A DNA stretch of 64,000 nt from Psammoneis japonica (GCA_008632985.1 QPGO01000082.1:186001-250000); one strand, 5' to 3'; positions 1 through 13,764 are shown, counted from the first letter of the stretch. Numbers and translations: made by a program. Notes: a model not told the origin generated them from the letters alone.

Positions 1-660
1 TTGAATTGGATCCAATTTACTTGAACGGTTGGGTTGCCATTTTTCAGTTCCTCTTTTCGGTTCTACTTGCTGTTCCTGGTGGGATGGCCTCATCGCCACC
101 CGTGCAACCCATTGACTTACCGCGCAACATTCTCAATGGGCTCAAGTGTTATCTGGGTTGGGGCTCTATTGAAACGGGATGCCACCCTGATGATTACTGT
201 GCGTCCCATGCCTCTTTACTGGTGAATCTTTGTCTTGCCATCAACGTAGTCTACACTCTTTCTTACACTCTCATACTCAAGTATGGATCCACAAGTTTAA
301 TGGTAGGAAATTGACTGACCTGCATCGAGAATAGGTGTTGCGGCGGTGGCTCTTTTCTCACCATTCATTCTCTTCTCGTCCTTTCTGCAGTATTTGGCAT
401 TCACAGCAGCCATTCCCGTGGGAAATTTTGCTTTTGCGTTACCATTCATGCCGCAAGCTACAACGTTTCATTTCTCGGACATATTGGGTCTCTGTGTCAT
501 TCTGACTGGACTGGTGTTTTATCGGTTTGGCGATGCATCAAATGAGGACAAGGATAGAGGGAATGCACAGGAACTTGCTGCTGTACCGGTGCACTTGGAA
601 GCGACAAGCGTTGAAGACAACACATTACGAGACCCGCTTTTAGGAAGGGAGCTTTTCTGA
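1..660 (+). CDS. CRT-like (chloroquine-resistance-transporter family) membrane transporter, 3' part; intron 303-390
   Basis: LDPIYLNGWVAIFQF...LKCYLG...ILKYGSTSLM spliced (GT at 303, ttctgcAG at 390) to YLAFTAAIPVGNFAFALPFMP...DILGLCVILTGLVFYR; matches the CRT/CLT C-terminal helices. 5' end lies outside the window. Confidence 0.75.
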
Positions 661-1422
661 TGAAGCAACGTGATCCCAATCAATAGGGAAGCGCATTGTA
701 ATCCTCGCCATGTACATAAACAAAGAGGATACTACCTGGTACCAGTAAGTTAAAGACCGAATGCCCACAAAGTGCCTCTTCGAACGGGGAACACTTGGGC
801 GAATAGTCAATAACACGAGAGAAAGTGTAAAGTAGCCAACAATGTCTTCGATTTTCATATCCGCAGTAGAAACGGAACGTTCTTTCGCAGACAGTTATAT
901 TGAAACCACACTAGACCTACTAGCGTCACGTTTCGCAACTGCTTACAAAGTTCTACGGATCAGGACATCAGCTTCTTCGTACGTAACCGCGCCTCACTCG
1001 TCAACAACATCGTTACGAAGTTCCGAGAGGCGCCTTCCTTGGTAGCCCCTCTTAGCCATGCGAAAATAAAAAACTCCGCGATGATTTTTCTCTAACCACT
1101 TCTAATCAATGTACTTATTCTATGCCACTACCATACACCTCCCAATGGTATTCGATGCATGCTCCAACAGATATGCTCTAGCCAGAGATACAAATCCCAA
1201 ATTCCACGAACTGAGATTCTACGGACAATAATGGGCTTCGCAAGTTTGCCCACCAAGATGTTGTTAGACCACATGTTGTTGTCATCACTTAGCAAGACAC
1301 CGATAATGACAGAGGAGACAAATGAGATATATTCAGCTCCTGTCTCAACTCAAAATGCATTCGGTAAGACAGAGCCCGCCACCGACGCGGAGGCATCCGT
1401 TTACCTTGCCCCCACAGCCCGC

Positions 1423-3391
1423 TCAGGACAGAGAATCTTTCTCTTCCATTCTCAGAAATCGCAATTGTTCTTTGATCGTCTTGGCCAACTCCTCTTCCAA
1501 GCAGTTCTTCGCTTGTCTGAGGGCTTTAATCTCGGCATCAAATCGTTCAGCAGCAAGTTTGTTCGGCTGGATTTTTGCCGCTCTCTGCTTCAAATCATGG
1601 TGCTCCTTTTGGATTCGTCGAAGTTCTGTTCCAAGGACACTGTGGCTTGTTGAAGGGTACGAATCTCAGTGGCAGACTGGCTTTCAAGACTATCCAGTTG
1701 CGTCTTCAACGCCTGGCGTTCCTTTTGGATGCGAACCCGTTTTGCATGCGCACTCTTCAACCGAGTCGTCGAATCATTCATTTCTTGCCGGTGTTGCTCC
1801 CGAAGCTCCTTCAGCGTCGTCTCGTGTCGTTGAGACTGCTCCGTTTGTTTCTCCACGGACTTCTTCCGTTCCAATTCCACCAACGTATTCAAACGTGCCA
1901 CCTCCCACTCCAACTCTTCTTCCCGATTCTTGAAGCTTCGTTTCTTAAAGTTTGCGCTGTCGCCGCTCTTCATTTCGTTGCGCATCTTGTGCATTTTCTG
2001 AAGAACTTGCAAATCTTCCTTTTCCTTCTCGCAAATGTTGGATGGGATTTCCACCTTGAGCGTCACGTAGTGATTTCCTCTTTGGCTCAAGTTGCCAAGG
2101 CTCGGCGCACCTTTACCCTGTAAGCAGATAGTATGCCCTGATTGTGTTCCCGGAAGCACCTTGATCGGCACCTCCCCGTCGATTGTCGGAGTCATGATAT
2201 CGCTCCCAAGAATCGCGTCCAGATAGCTAATCCTTTGAACAGAAGTGATCTCCGGTCCTTTGCGTTTAAATATTGGGTCGTCTTTCACTTTCAAGGCAAT
2301 GTACAAATCCCCCGGTGGTCCACCTTTCGGGCCTGCATCACCGCCACCACGGATAACCACCTTGCTTCCACTTTCCATCCCTGCCGGAATGTTGACCGGG
2401 ACGATCTTCGATATCGGCACAAGGTCGACGGACGATTCCACTCGTTGGATCTGGATATCGGCTTTACCACCCAAAACAGCAGTCTTGAGATCAACCTCCA
2501 ACTCATACGTTAGATCGGTTCCAACATGAATGGATTCACGCTTCTTGGTCTGATCAGCTTCGTGAGGTTGGGATCGGCGTTCGCTTCCGTTGTGAGGCTT
2601 TGCACGAAAGTCGCTTCCGCTCATGCCTGTACCTCCAAAAAAATCTCCAACATAGACGTCTTGCCCATGCTCGTAGGTAGTTCCAAACGTCGTTTCTTGC
2701 CCAAACGAATCGTCGGCAGAGTAAAAGGGCTTTCCTTTCCCAAATACATCTGTATCATCGGCTGCGTAAAAAGTTGTTTCCTTCCCGAAATCATCTCCAA
2801 AGGGCGATGATTTAGCATTCCCAAAATCACTACTCCAAGGCGAGGTTGCTTTTTCAAAGTCATTAGTCCAGGGCGAAGCCGTCGATTCTTTTCCGTAGTC
2901 ATCTCCAAACGGGGATTTGTAGGTTGACGAAGAACCTTTCTTTCTGTCGCGAAAGGGGCTTCGCAAGACTTCATACGCACCGTTCACCTCCTTGAATTTC
3001 TCTGCAGCATTAGCATCAGGGTTGGCATCTATACATACAACAGTAGAAGAGAAAAATGATAAGTAAATACAACAATCGAACGGTATGTCATCAACTCCAC
3101 CCCCCTCGCTGAAAACGCACCAGGATGGTATAATTTTGCAAGCCTTCGGTATGCTCGTTTGATCTCATCCTCGCTAGCATAAGGCGAGACACCCAGAATT
3201 TTATATAAATCAGGAGGAGTAGCTGCGACACACAACGAAGTAGCTCTTCGAAACGGACGGCTTGGCGGAGGAAATCGAACGCATGGGTTCCAGGTGGTGA
3301 TGGATGCAACTTGACTAAAGGGCGGGACAAAGGCTGTGACTTGGGCCGACCATAGCAACGCCACAACAGCAGCAGTCTGGAACAGCGTCAT
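1423..3391 (-). CDS. Plastid-targeted DnaJ/Hsp40 co-chaperone with C-terminal coiled coil; intron 3120-3029; probable 1-nt frameshift near 1607
   Basis: Signal peptide plus AF cleavage motif. The J-domain DLYKILGV...YHP|D is reconstituted across a GT-AG intron. DnaJ C-terminal domain ([13 protein letters not shown]...PTIDG, GKGAP). The ORF stops at 1590 but coiled-coil coding continues in another frame to the stop at 1423. Confidence 0.85.
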
Positions 3392-3824
3392 AGTCTAGCA
3401 AGCAACCGAATAAAGAGTAAGGTTCTGTGATTGCTATTAGCGAAGTGGCGAAGTCTCTTGGTCGATTATCCTCACAAGGGGTTCAGCCAGTGATGTTTTT
3501 GCGACGATGAAAGCATTTCTCGGCGTTGAGTGCGTGTTGGAACGAAGAACTGGCCGGTGCTTGTCGCGTGTGACTGGTACTGATGGCTACGTAGATTCCA
3601 CTTTCGGAAGTGCGTACTCAGAATCGGCGACGGATGCGATGACGTAAGCTTGTCCTCGAGGAATTCTACGTAACATACAATTTATTTAGAAATTAAATGA
3701 TGAAGCTTAAGATGAAAATCTGACGTGGCATATGATGTCATGTTGGCGTGCCCATTTCTCCGCAGGGCAATGGGCGAGCACCATCGGAAAAATCACTGCT
3801 CCTCATTGGTTGTCTCGTTCTATG

Positions 3825-6800
3825 TCGGCAGCAACGGTCAGAAAAGAAGCGTGAGGGGGGCACATGAGCGAGAAAGAACAGCCGGAGATGCAAGAATTCT
3901 TTGACCAAACATCAAGGGTTGATCTGTGGATTTCTTTGCCCCTGGGTTCATCATGTCCTCACCTCTTTCCATTGTTCGAAACAGAGCTCACAAAAAAATC
4001 TCACATTGTTGCTGTGTGAGACAGAGCTCGAAACTTTTCTTGAGCTTGTTGCCAGCCGTCGCACTGGCATCATGCTTGCTGCTTTCTCTCCAGCAGCCAT
4101 GCCAGGTGCCAACAAATTGCACCAGAAACAGGAGCAGGAAAGCCACAGCCAGGTGCACAAGAACAGCTCGGGTGCTCATTTTTGGCAGGGAAACAAAAAT
4201 GGCAGTGTTGCCAGAGCTCACAGCTTGTGCCCCGCAAAACCTCATCTCGGCCAGCACAGTTTCAGAAAAAAAAGAGGCATGTGCAGCTGAGGCACAATGT
4301 GACCCACACAACAGCCAGAGAGATTGTGAGCAAACACTTGGGAACATGTGCAGTTGGTGAGTGACAAAGGTCAGTCAGTCGAGTTTTTTGCACCCTGCAC
4401 ATGTTGAGCTCTCTTCTTTCCATTCTGAGCAGTGCTTGCAATCTTGGGGCACAAGCCATGACCGGCAGGCAGCCATTTCAGTTGTGGTGACTCTGCTGTT
4501 TTTGTCATGCCACAAAAGCTTTCTCCTCTGACATTGCTTTTTTCTCTGTTGTGTGCTCCTCCTCCCCCCTCTCTCTTGCTCAATCTCTCTCTCAAATGAA
4601 TGACACACAGCTGTTGAGGGCAGCTGCTCATCACATGTTGTTGATGATGAAGAGTCCTGTGTAAACTGTTGACACAGTCATGCAGGTGCAACAACTTGGG
4701 CCCATTTCTCTGCAGGCAATGACAGGCAAGAAGGAGTGCCACTGTCAGAAAAACCAGAGCTTCTTGTTGGTTGTCTTTTGCAATGTCAGCTGCGCATCCA
4801 CACAAGAAAAAACATGCTGTTGCACCACATGAGCAAGAAAACAAATGCCAGCCAGAGAGATGCAAAAATTTTGAGCTGTTTGCCATGCACAGAGCAAAGT
4901 TTTAGCAAATGACAAAACAAGGGTTGATCTGCAGATTTCATTGCCAATGGTGGTTGCATGTGCTGCAACTTTCCCCACTCTGAATGTGTGGTGTGTGGGA
5001 GATGACCCCACACACTGCCAGCCTGCAATTTCTGTCATGACTCTGCTTGTTTTGCTGCTGTGCTGTTGGTGCTCTCCCTTCTTCATGCCTCCTCCTGTTT
5101 CCAAGAATTTTTTCCCTGTCTCTTTCACTTGAATGAACAAAAAAAGTTGGAGCAGCTGATTCTCTTGCACTCTGTCATGCACTCTGTCATGCATGACAAA
5201 CAAGAAACAGAAAGTGGCCAAGACAGGGCTGCTTGATCAGATGTTTGTCCAAACCATTCAGCAATGGCAAGGCACAACAACATTTTGGCTTTGAAATCAG
5301 AAGCAAGGCTTTTGGCTGTGGCGGTGCTTCATCAGTGGCTGGCTGCTGTTGTTGACATGGTTGAGGCTGTTGTGTTAAAAAAGATCTGGGTGAGAGGGGC
5401 AGGAGAGTTGAGTTGATCAGCTGGTGCTGGGACAGGCAAGTCAGTTTGACTGGCACTCAACTCAATCTGGTTCGCTCTCTCTTTCTCTTGAACAAACAAG
5501 TGAGGATGGGATTCAGCCAAATGGGGTTCTTGAGTTGTTCTGGTGGCATTGCCAAAGATGAGGTTTTGCCCCTTTTGAAAGAGTGGTTGCAGTTTGCTGG
5601 GCTTGCAGGATTGAGCTTGAAGTCAAAGGTGGAGCAGTCTCATTTTTGCTTTTGCGTTGGTGATTTTGAAGCAATGATTTTGAAGCAAAAGAGCATGCCC
5701 ACAATTGGGCTGGAGAGCACTCCAGTCAGGTGAGCTGAGTGGGGTGGAATGTGCATGCATGAGTTCATTTCTTTTTCACAGAGGGTGGTGTGAAGGTGGG
5801 AGCCTTGGATCAAGATTGTGAGGTCCACAAAGTTAACTTGGCAGCTTCGAGTGCTTGTGATCCAGGTGATGTCAAAGTTGTTGAGGAGCCTGGAGGCAAA
5901 TCTTTCTCAGGTGGTGATGTCTGTGATGTGCCAGATGCCAAAGATGTTGTCAACAAGTTGTTTGCAGCAAAATGGCATGGAGCAAAGCACCTCCAGGAGC
6001 ATGTCTTCATGGAGCATGCAGCACAAGGCAGCACACGGAGGGGAGGGTGGTGCACCCATGGTGGCTCCATTGCACTGGTGTCAGGTGGTGTCCCCAAACA
6101 CATGAGTGCATCATTTTCCACCACAAATTAGAGGACTTTGATGAGGGCACATCCGTTGGTGTGTGTTGCAGTCATTTTTGTGACATTGAAGACAGGAGGC
6201 AATCAATTGAGGCGCTTTTTTGGCAGGCATGTTGGAGCAGCAGGCCTCGGCATCAGACATGAAGTGGAGGCAGTTCGGTGGAAACTCCATTCAGACGAGT
6301 GCTTGTTTTGGGTCCAGGGAGCTCTTGAAGTGTGATCATTGGCAGCACGCAACCTTCTGAAGCTTGTCATCCACTCAGATGCCCAAGCCACAGAGTGAGC
6401 TGCCACTGGTGGAAACAGCTGGTCAAGATCGCAGTGGCCGGGGCTTGTGCACACAGGGAACGGGTCTTCATCAGTTTCAAAACAATGTTTGAGGTGCTTG
6501 CATTCCATTGAAGTGATGCTGTCTTTGTGTGTCTTGAGCCAGTCACTGAGGAGGTTTTTCATTTTGGCATTCTTGGATTCTGGCTTCAAATTTGCTCAGG
6601 GATTGGCGCATGTTGGTGTTGTTGAAATGGCCATGGAATGCCATTTTGACACATTTTCAATGACGGCGGGTCCCAGGTTCTTGTTGCATTGGGCTGTCAT
6701 GAAGTTCTCTTGTTTGTGGTGGAGGCAAGTGAGGGCGTGACATTGGTGGGGCAGGAGGTTGGTTCTGCCTTGGCATTTCACAAGAAGTTTGGTGACTTGT

Positions 6801-7890
6801 GTCTTTAAAAAGGCAGTGTGACAGAATTTGATGATGATGACGTTGAGTTTCCAAGGGGGGGTCCAATCGGACCAGAGGTGCATCCTGGGGTTGTGATCTT
6901 CATCATCATCATTGATTGGTGCATTGGCAAAATGTTCACATTTGTCGAGGTCTTGTTTGAATTGCCCAAGTGGTGTTTGTCATTGGATCTTGGAGGACTT
7001 GCCATTGTTGGTGAAGCATGATGTTAGAACAAATTTTTCAGACCAAGACCAAGCAATGATTGGAGGTTTTTTGGTGGTCGTTTTGTTGCAGTTCAGGCAT
7101 GTTTTGCAGGCAGTGGACACAGACATTGTGTCGGAGTTTGCAAGATGGATGGGCACTGAACCCGCACATGCAATGGACTCAGCATTCGATTGCCTCTGAG
7201 GCTTGCTCTGATTGGTGCTGGAGTGCTGTTGTTTTTTTATGGCTGTTTCAATTTGGGGTGTGATGGCAATGTTTTTGTTGGCACCACACTGGTGGTGTCA
7301 TTGTTGGCATCGTTGGCTGTTTGCAGTGTGTGGGGGGACAAAAAAGTGGGGGCTGCTGGGGGGAGCGTGAAGGACATGGCATCAGGCATGCTTGCAAATG
7401 TCAGCAAGCAGTTGAGAGTGAGGGTGTGTGCAGGCAGCAAGCAACAATTTGCCCACTGGTGCCTTGCAAAGCCGTTTGACTTTTGTGCTGAAAAAGCAAG
7501 ATCACACACATTGCTTTCAGGCAGGGATCATTTTGACACCCCTTTCACACCATGTGGCTTGTTGGTCTTCAGCCAGCCCAATGGCCTGTTGGGGGGATTT
7601 TGGCTCTTCACAATCCACCTGCTGTTTAACTCACCAGTGTTCTCTTTTGCTTCACACCTCATTTTTGGTCCTGTGGAGATCACACTCCATGTGTTTCCCT
7701 TTTGCAACAATCTGCAGTCAAGCTTGTTTGGCGGCGTGATCACAGGACACCAAAAGGAGGTGGTTGTCACAAGGGCATGCCTGGCCAGCAAAGTTTTCAA
7801 GTTGGCTCATGGGGCCCTTGGCATTGGTTGCTTCGGAGTTCACGTTCTTTGACGCCTGCACAGTCGGTTCATTGTTGCGGCACTGGAAGC
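3825..7890. mobile_element. TpA-depleted island A (degenerate transposon region)
   Basis: By eye only about 10 TA dinucleotides in about 4 kb; CG also scarce; TG/CA strongly enriched; ORFs in all frames almost lack Tyr. Confidence 0.85.
5400..6900 (-). pseudogene. Penelope-like retroelement reverse transcriptase relic
   Basis: Minus-strand fragments in the expected order: QCNKNLGPAVIE (DKNLG motif), EDPFPVC, SDAEACCSN, FGDTT*HQCNGATMGAPPSPPCAALCC, CCKQLVDNIFGIW (catalytic IDD), VNFVDLTI, TTLCEKEMNSCMHIPPHSAH (NLYLYxPxxSxHP-type motif). Broken by frameshifts and stops. Confidence 0.8.
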
Positions 7891-8691
7891 AACTGTACCG
7901 CAGTGCAAATCTTTGTGATCTCTGGCAATGAATACAACGCTCTCTCCCATCAGCGCGACAGTGTTGGCTTAGGCACACACGAAAATTGTCTAATAGAGAA
8001 GTAACTAAGAGAGAGAAATATTCAATGAAAAACTCATTTTGATGGATTGTGTAGTCTATGATGATGTGCTATTGTGCTCAAAACGCAACATCACAATGTG
8101 ATGGTGTGTGCTTCTATGATTTTGTGTATGATGTGTGGGTTTCGTGATCCAGTGCGCGGTGACCAAGACCCAAAAACTTGGAAAGAAAGCTTGGATCGAT
8201 AACCTAGAAGAGGACGTCCGCGAGTAAGTACAACTCGTGTGGTGGTCGGTGAATTCAGTAAACCACACATAGACAGACTGTTCCTTCTCGTTGCTATTCA
8301 GTGCTGGTAGGTGCAGCAATGTTGCTGTCGGTGATGTGAGAGATATGGCGTAGTGGTTGTATGATGATGGATGACGCACGTAGTTGAGTAGAGTGACGCC
8401 GATGAAGTATGGTGTGCGGTGATATTGTTGTCGTTGGTGGTGGTGATATGAATATGGAGTAGTGCTTGGATGATAATAATGGATGACGCACGTCGCTGAG
8501 TGGTGTGACGCCTGCTACAAATCCTGAAGCGCGTCAAAAGAAGTACGTTGAGATAGACCGTCCCCTGCCTTCAACGTCGAAGCTAATATCTGGCTTTGTA
8601 TGGCAATCGCTCAATGTGCGCCCCTGGCGGAGTGATAACGTGTTGACCCGATAATCCCTGTTGTTTCCCGTGAAATGAACTATCATCAGGC

Positions 8692-10730
8692 TTAGACCCC
8701 GGTTGCTATCGAAGCTGGCACTGCAGAAACCATGGGCTCGAGACGTTGTCGCTTGTTTGGACGAGGAGATGCCGAACCACTTGACAATGTTTCCTCCGTA
8801 TGCTCGTCTGAAACACTGGCAGCTGCAGAGTGCGTGGCCGATACAACCGAGGATACCGATGAGATAGTCATCATTCCGGTGCGGTGTTGCTGGGGACTCG
8901 CAGTCTTCTTGTCAAAGTCGATGGCCGCGGCCAAGAGGGACTTGATCTGGTCAACCTCTGGGCTAGACTTGGTGTTATCGGTGGCAATCGCTGGAAGCTC
9001 GAGCAACGCAGGAGTGCCTGGTTGAAGCGACGGGGACGACAAAGCCGGTGTAGTTGATTCTGAGACAGCTTCGTAGTCAATCTTGAGGTTGCCAGCGTGG
9101 ACCTTGAGAACACCGTTTTCTTCTTCAAGTTTCTTGATAATCTCTTCCATTTCTTCCATAAAGAGTCGCTTCCGGTCTCGGGTTCGCTTGGCGTGCATTC
9201 GATTGCGCTCGCGACGGATCTGGTCCAATTCTTCAGGAGTACACAACGAGCGATCCTTCCCTAGAAGCTCGTAGTCGATGCCATCGTCAGGGAGGTCGCC
9301 CTGACACTTGGGAGGTATCGACGCTTTCTTTTTCTTGGAGCTGTGATGACCGGGTAAAATGAGAGCAGGAAGTTCAGGTATTTTGGTTGAATCCGGAATA
9401 TCTTCAACGGGTCTATGCAAGAGCTGCTCCACTCGCGGATCTTCGGAGGTTCCTTCGATTCCCTGAGAAAACAGACCAACGAGAATACTCGCAGTGTTCT
9501 TCTCATTGATGAGCTGTCTCAGTCTCAACTGCTCTTGCTTCAACTCGTCAGCGCGGTGCTGTAGGACTTGAATGTGTTCCTTCTTTCGTTGCCGAGTCTT
9601 TCGTGCATGCATTCGATTTCTCTCGCGACTAGCGAGTGAGGTTCGGTATTGGCGAGCCATGGTTGTTCGTTCACAACAAGAGAGAGCAGCAGGATGTGTA
9701 AGATTTGATCAATGATTCAGTCAATCGAGCGATTTTGACAACGTAACGTGTCGTTGCGTTGATGTATTCAGATCAGCAGGTTCAACCTCGGAAGGAACAG
9801 TTCGACGCCAATGGTTTCGCAGGAAAAACGAAAAGCCAACTGCTTCTCAGTCGTGACGCGCGTTCTCCGGTAGTGGGATCAATGTCGCACACAGTTCAAC
9901 TTCATAAGTATTGATGACGAAGACAGAATAAATGCAAATGATCGGCTCTGAAAACAAAGATAATCATCATGACGTCACATCCATAAATAACACAAGATGA
10001 CGGGGACCAATCGAAAGACACGAGGTCGGCAAAAGCGCGGGAAACAACACGGAAGCGAAAATCATGAACGAATGAAAAAAGGCGCCAAGTTGAAGTACAC
10101 GTCAGGGTTCTCAGTTTCACGTCACATTCGAATTAATTAGATAAGCGCACAGCTGGTCGGAGGGGCAAAAAAGTCACAGCAATGCCGGGATGCGATTTCC
10201 GATTTTCCTCGATTTTGATAGGTTGATCATGGGAACAAGAACATCTGCTGATAGACGTACCTTCGTTGCAATCGCTCCGATGGAGACTGTTTCTTCGCAT
10301 GTCCTTTAACGAGGCGCTGAAAACTGGGACCAGATGTGCCCAGGACGACCGTCGTTGAGCCAGGAAAGGTAGCGCCAGATGACAGCGATGTCAGAACACA
10401 CGACGCTCCCAGCTGAGCGGCTGTCGCATTGGCTGGAATTTGGGAGGCTGTTACAGGACCAAGAGTCATTGATTCGTATGGAATCGACGATTGTTGTTGT
10501 GACGTGCACGTTCCATTCTGGAGGTGCGTGTCTGAAGCGGCGATACCACAGGATGCAACAGCTGCCACCACTGAGTCATTGGTCGTGTTTCCTACCGACG
10601 CGGCCGTTTGACTTTCAATTTTGTCCATATTTTGATCTTTATCTCCATTTACCATTCGTTCAGTCACCACTGTTGTGCTTTCCGCAGCAATGTCCTGACT
10701 GTTTGGCGCGAACGCCGTCGATTCGACCAT
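8692..10730 (-). CDS. Transcription factor with two bZIP domains; intron 10260-9629
   Basis: Splicing GTACGT...CGCTAG gives ERLQRSRERNRMHARKTRQRKK plus zipper; second bZIP IRRERNRMHAKRTRDRKR plus zipper. First ATG at 10730. Confidence 0.85.
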
Positions 10731-11356
10731 GATGGCGTCGGAGTTCTGAGACGCGGGACAAAAGAATTTTTGTTCTCGTTTCTCGTTGCCTCGCGCGAGC
10801 AAAGCATCGGTGGATGATTGACGTCGGGAATCAACCACTTGACAGCTGCGCCCCGTAGAAACCTACGAGTTTTGTACTGACACTCCCAGTCATGGCTACC
10901 AGATCTATTTGTCCGTTGTTGAAATCGGAACTTCTTTATTGAATACACGAATGAATATTATTCCGTATTGATTTTTTTTATCAATTTCATCATTTTTCTA
11001 TTCAATTTTTCTGGCTTTCCCGCGCACGACTCAAAACGCCATCCAACGTGCTGGCGGTTCTACCTAGCTTTTTTTTGTGGCTTGACTTTTGGATCTTGTG
11101 GCTTGTGACTTGGATCGCTCCTTTTCTTTGTTGGATTTTTGATGCATCTCACAACCTTGTACGTAACCGTGTGGTGCCGATGACAGTGGTGAAGGTGTAG
11201 CCTCGCTCGCATCTCGCATCACACCGAACGATCACTTCAGACCTGGTGTCAGACTGCGCAAGCCGAAAGCCGAGCCTTACTCGCACAGTACTATACCACC
11301 CCTGATCTAAACTGCACGAAGAGCGTTGTTTCATCCATTGGTCGAAAAAACCGACG

Positions 11357-12054
11357 ATGAAGCACAAGGATTTCGTGGCAGCGTGTGCCACAGCTTTGTT
11401 TGGAGCCTTGCATATTGTTCAATCAACCGGATTTACGATACCCACCTCGGAAACGCTGAGAAGACCGGCTTGTAACCGCAACGCTATACCCTCCTCCAGA
11501 GTATCCTGCAAAAGACAATTTCAATGGCTCGTTCTTGATGGCCGCGAAATTCGTCAACTGCAGCTAACCGCACTCTTTGCTGCAGGAGACTCAAATGATT
11601 CACTGCATGATGATCACGATGAAAGTGACGAGGATTCACAAGAAGCGTACGGCAGGCGATCGCTTTCATGGACAAAGCGATACAGACGCCTCCTGCCTTA
11701 CAAAAAGGCGCGCAAGTCCGTCATGGACCTTGGACTCCGATCTAAGCAAGACTGGGACGATTTTGTAGCAGATGGCAAGGTCGGTTTCGGCCCATATCTC
11801 CCAATCGTCCCGACGACATGTATGCTGACGATTGGATATCATGGGACGAATTCTTGGGAGTCATGCGGCCTTATGATGATGCTAGGAACATTGTGCAGAA
11901 AGTTCTTCAACTAAAAAACATGAAGGAATACTCCGCCTTTATCAAGGACAATCCAGGACGAGCCGAGGGCTTGCGAATTCCAGCGCTTCCACATATCGTG
12001 TACAGGGAAAAAGGATGGAGAGACGACGAAGATTTCTTTGGGTGCTACGAGTAG
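11357..12054 (+). CDS. Hypothetical protein, probably plastid-targeted, with Trp-rich repeats (LRSKQDW...P..MY..DW.SWD.FLG); 1-nt frameshift near 11800
   Basis: N-terminal signal-like segment. ORFs 11357-11914 and 11818-12054 join into YLPNRPDDMYADDWISWDEFLG if one base is added in CTCCCAAT. Confidence 0.6.
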
Positions 12055-12335
12055 GGGTGTGAAACATATCGAAGCATAAAGCTCTCGTGAATTGTAGCAT
12101 CATCCCTAAACCTGAATGCTGAGATATTCCTTATGCCTGGTTATAAACTTGAGGCACAGGAACTATCATAGTCTTTACTGGTAAGGGCTTGTGGCGGAGT
12201 GATAGAACCATAGGCCATATTATGAGACTTTAAACGCGTCGTATTACATAATGCCACCTAGATACATTCCATGCTAGCCACCAACAATTAACCCCGTTCG
12301 AAGTAATGCCAGCAAAAAATCTCAAAACAGCCCTC

Positions 12336-13355
12336 TCAATCATCCTTTGCTTTTGGTGTGAGGAGGATTGCAATGATAATCATTCCAATGAAGCTTGTGA
12401 CTGTGAATGTACCTAATAACACCACAGCAGTAAAGATGGGGGAGAGTCCGAACTCTGTCTTTATCCAACCGAAAGCATCAATGAACATATCGCCAACCTT
12501 CATAAAGAGGGCGCGGAACTGCCCCAGTGGTCCCATGGGTGAAAAGAGAAAGGGAATCGGCTACCACGTAGTAGTCAAGCAGAAAGAAAAATGTTGAGAC
12601 CTTCCTAAAACCAGACCCATCATTTCGAGACAAGCGATATCGACTCACTTCTTGATTTTTGTAACCTCCTTCTGCAAATGCAACAAGATCCTTTCGCGAT
12701 CGTTCACCATCATATTCATAAACGCTCCAGCCATCCACAAGAACAAACGTCGGGTACCCAGAGATGTCAAATCTCGACATGATGGCTTTTTCAGTGTCTC
12801 CATCGACCTTTGCCGCGAACCTCTTTTTCTTTCTTCCTTCTCTTTGATTCTTTCCGTGAAGAGCTAGTGCTACCGTCTAGAATGAAATAGAGAGAGAGAG
12901 AGAGAGTTTGTTCGTTCGTTCGTTCGTTCGAGAGAGAAAGAGGGGGGGGGGGGGGGGGGAGCACATGTCAGGGACTATTCCGTTACAAATCTCGGGCATT
13001 CTCTCTAGAGAGTAACAATATTTCTCGCACCTGGTATTCCATTTCAAATCGTTTGCAATGTCCACACCAACTTTTCGGCAAGCCCGTAGAATTGCAATGC
13101 ATCAAACAACAACAGTTTGTGAGGAACGTTAGGGTGTTGAATAGTACCAGAATTGGAGAAAGGTCGCGCTCACCTAGCATAGAACTCTATAAGCCACACA
13201 TTCCCATCGCGAATCGACGAGTCAAAGTTCCTTGAATCTAAATCATAAACGCCATGGATCGTTTTCGTCGGATTCTCTGGATCTACTTCGTCGTCGGTGA
13301 CACATACCGGCAGGTATGCGAGTATAAGAGCCGCAACAATTCGAATGATCTTCAT
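12336..13355 (-). CDS. Thioredoxin-related transmembrane protein (TMX/PDI-like), 4 exons (13355-13174, 13070-13031, 12876-12649, 12560-12336)
   Basis: Signal peptide; WLIEFYAS-WCGHC across an intron; RFDISGYPTF; C-terminal TM helix ending KAKDD (di-lysine-like ER signal). Confidence 0.85.
12888..12960. repeat. Compound intronic microsatellite (GA)n-(TTCG)n-poly(G)
   Basis: Directly visible inside the TMX intron. Confidence 0.9.
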
Positions 13356-13764
13356 TCTTGTTGATTCCAGAGCCAGGTAACAAGGGTTCTAGCACTATTC
13401 CACTGATCACGAGGACACAACGGTTTAATTGGTTGCAGATTCGCAGCAGGATATGCCTAGAGGGCTAGGGGCAGAGCTATTACCACTACTTTGGTGGTGG
13501 CTGGGCACTATGGGCACTGGGCACCGAAAATCTGGAATCTGAAAATTGAAAATGACTACTGTACAGTAAACTGCGTGCGAGTCGTCGTCGCGAGACAGTC
13601 TCGCGCACACATCAGATGCGACAGCGAGACGTCCATCTCCTGTGTGTTCCACTGTTTTATCATTTGTCGACTCTGTGGCACTCTAGCTGCTGGCAGTAGA
13701 GAGCTCTAATGCTGCTCTCTACTCTGGGGCCCTATGTAGCTACTGGTAGCTCCACTGTCTAGCA

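Noticed and set aside
5290..5345. Possible degenerate hammerhead ribozyme (minus strand CTGATGA...GCCAAAAG) at the 3' side of the Penelope-like relic
   Set aside because: The position is plausible because Penelope elements often carry hammerheads, but the GAAA core is absent as written and stems I and II have mismatches; not supportable without intact copies.
8040..8520. GAT/GTG-rich low-complexity stretch with a short imperfect duplication (8369-8400 and 8481-8511)
   Set aside because: No coding or structural signal that I can support; TA content is near normal.
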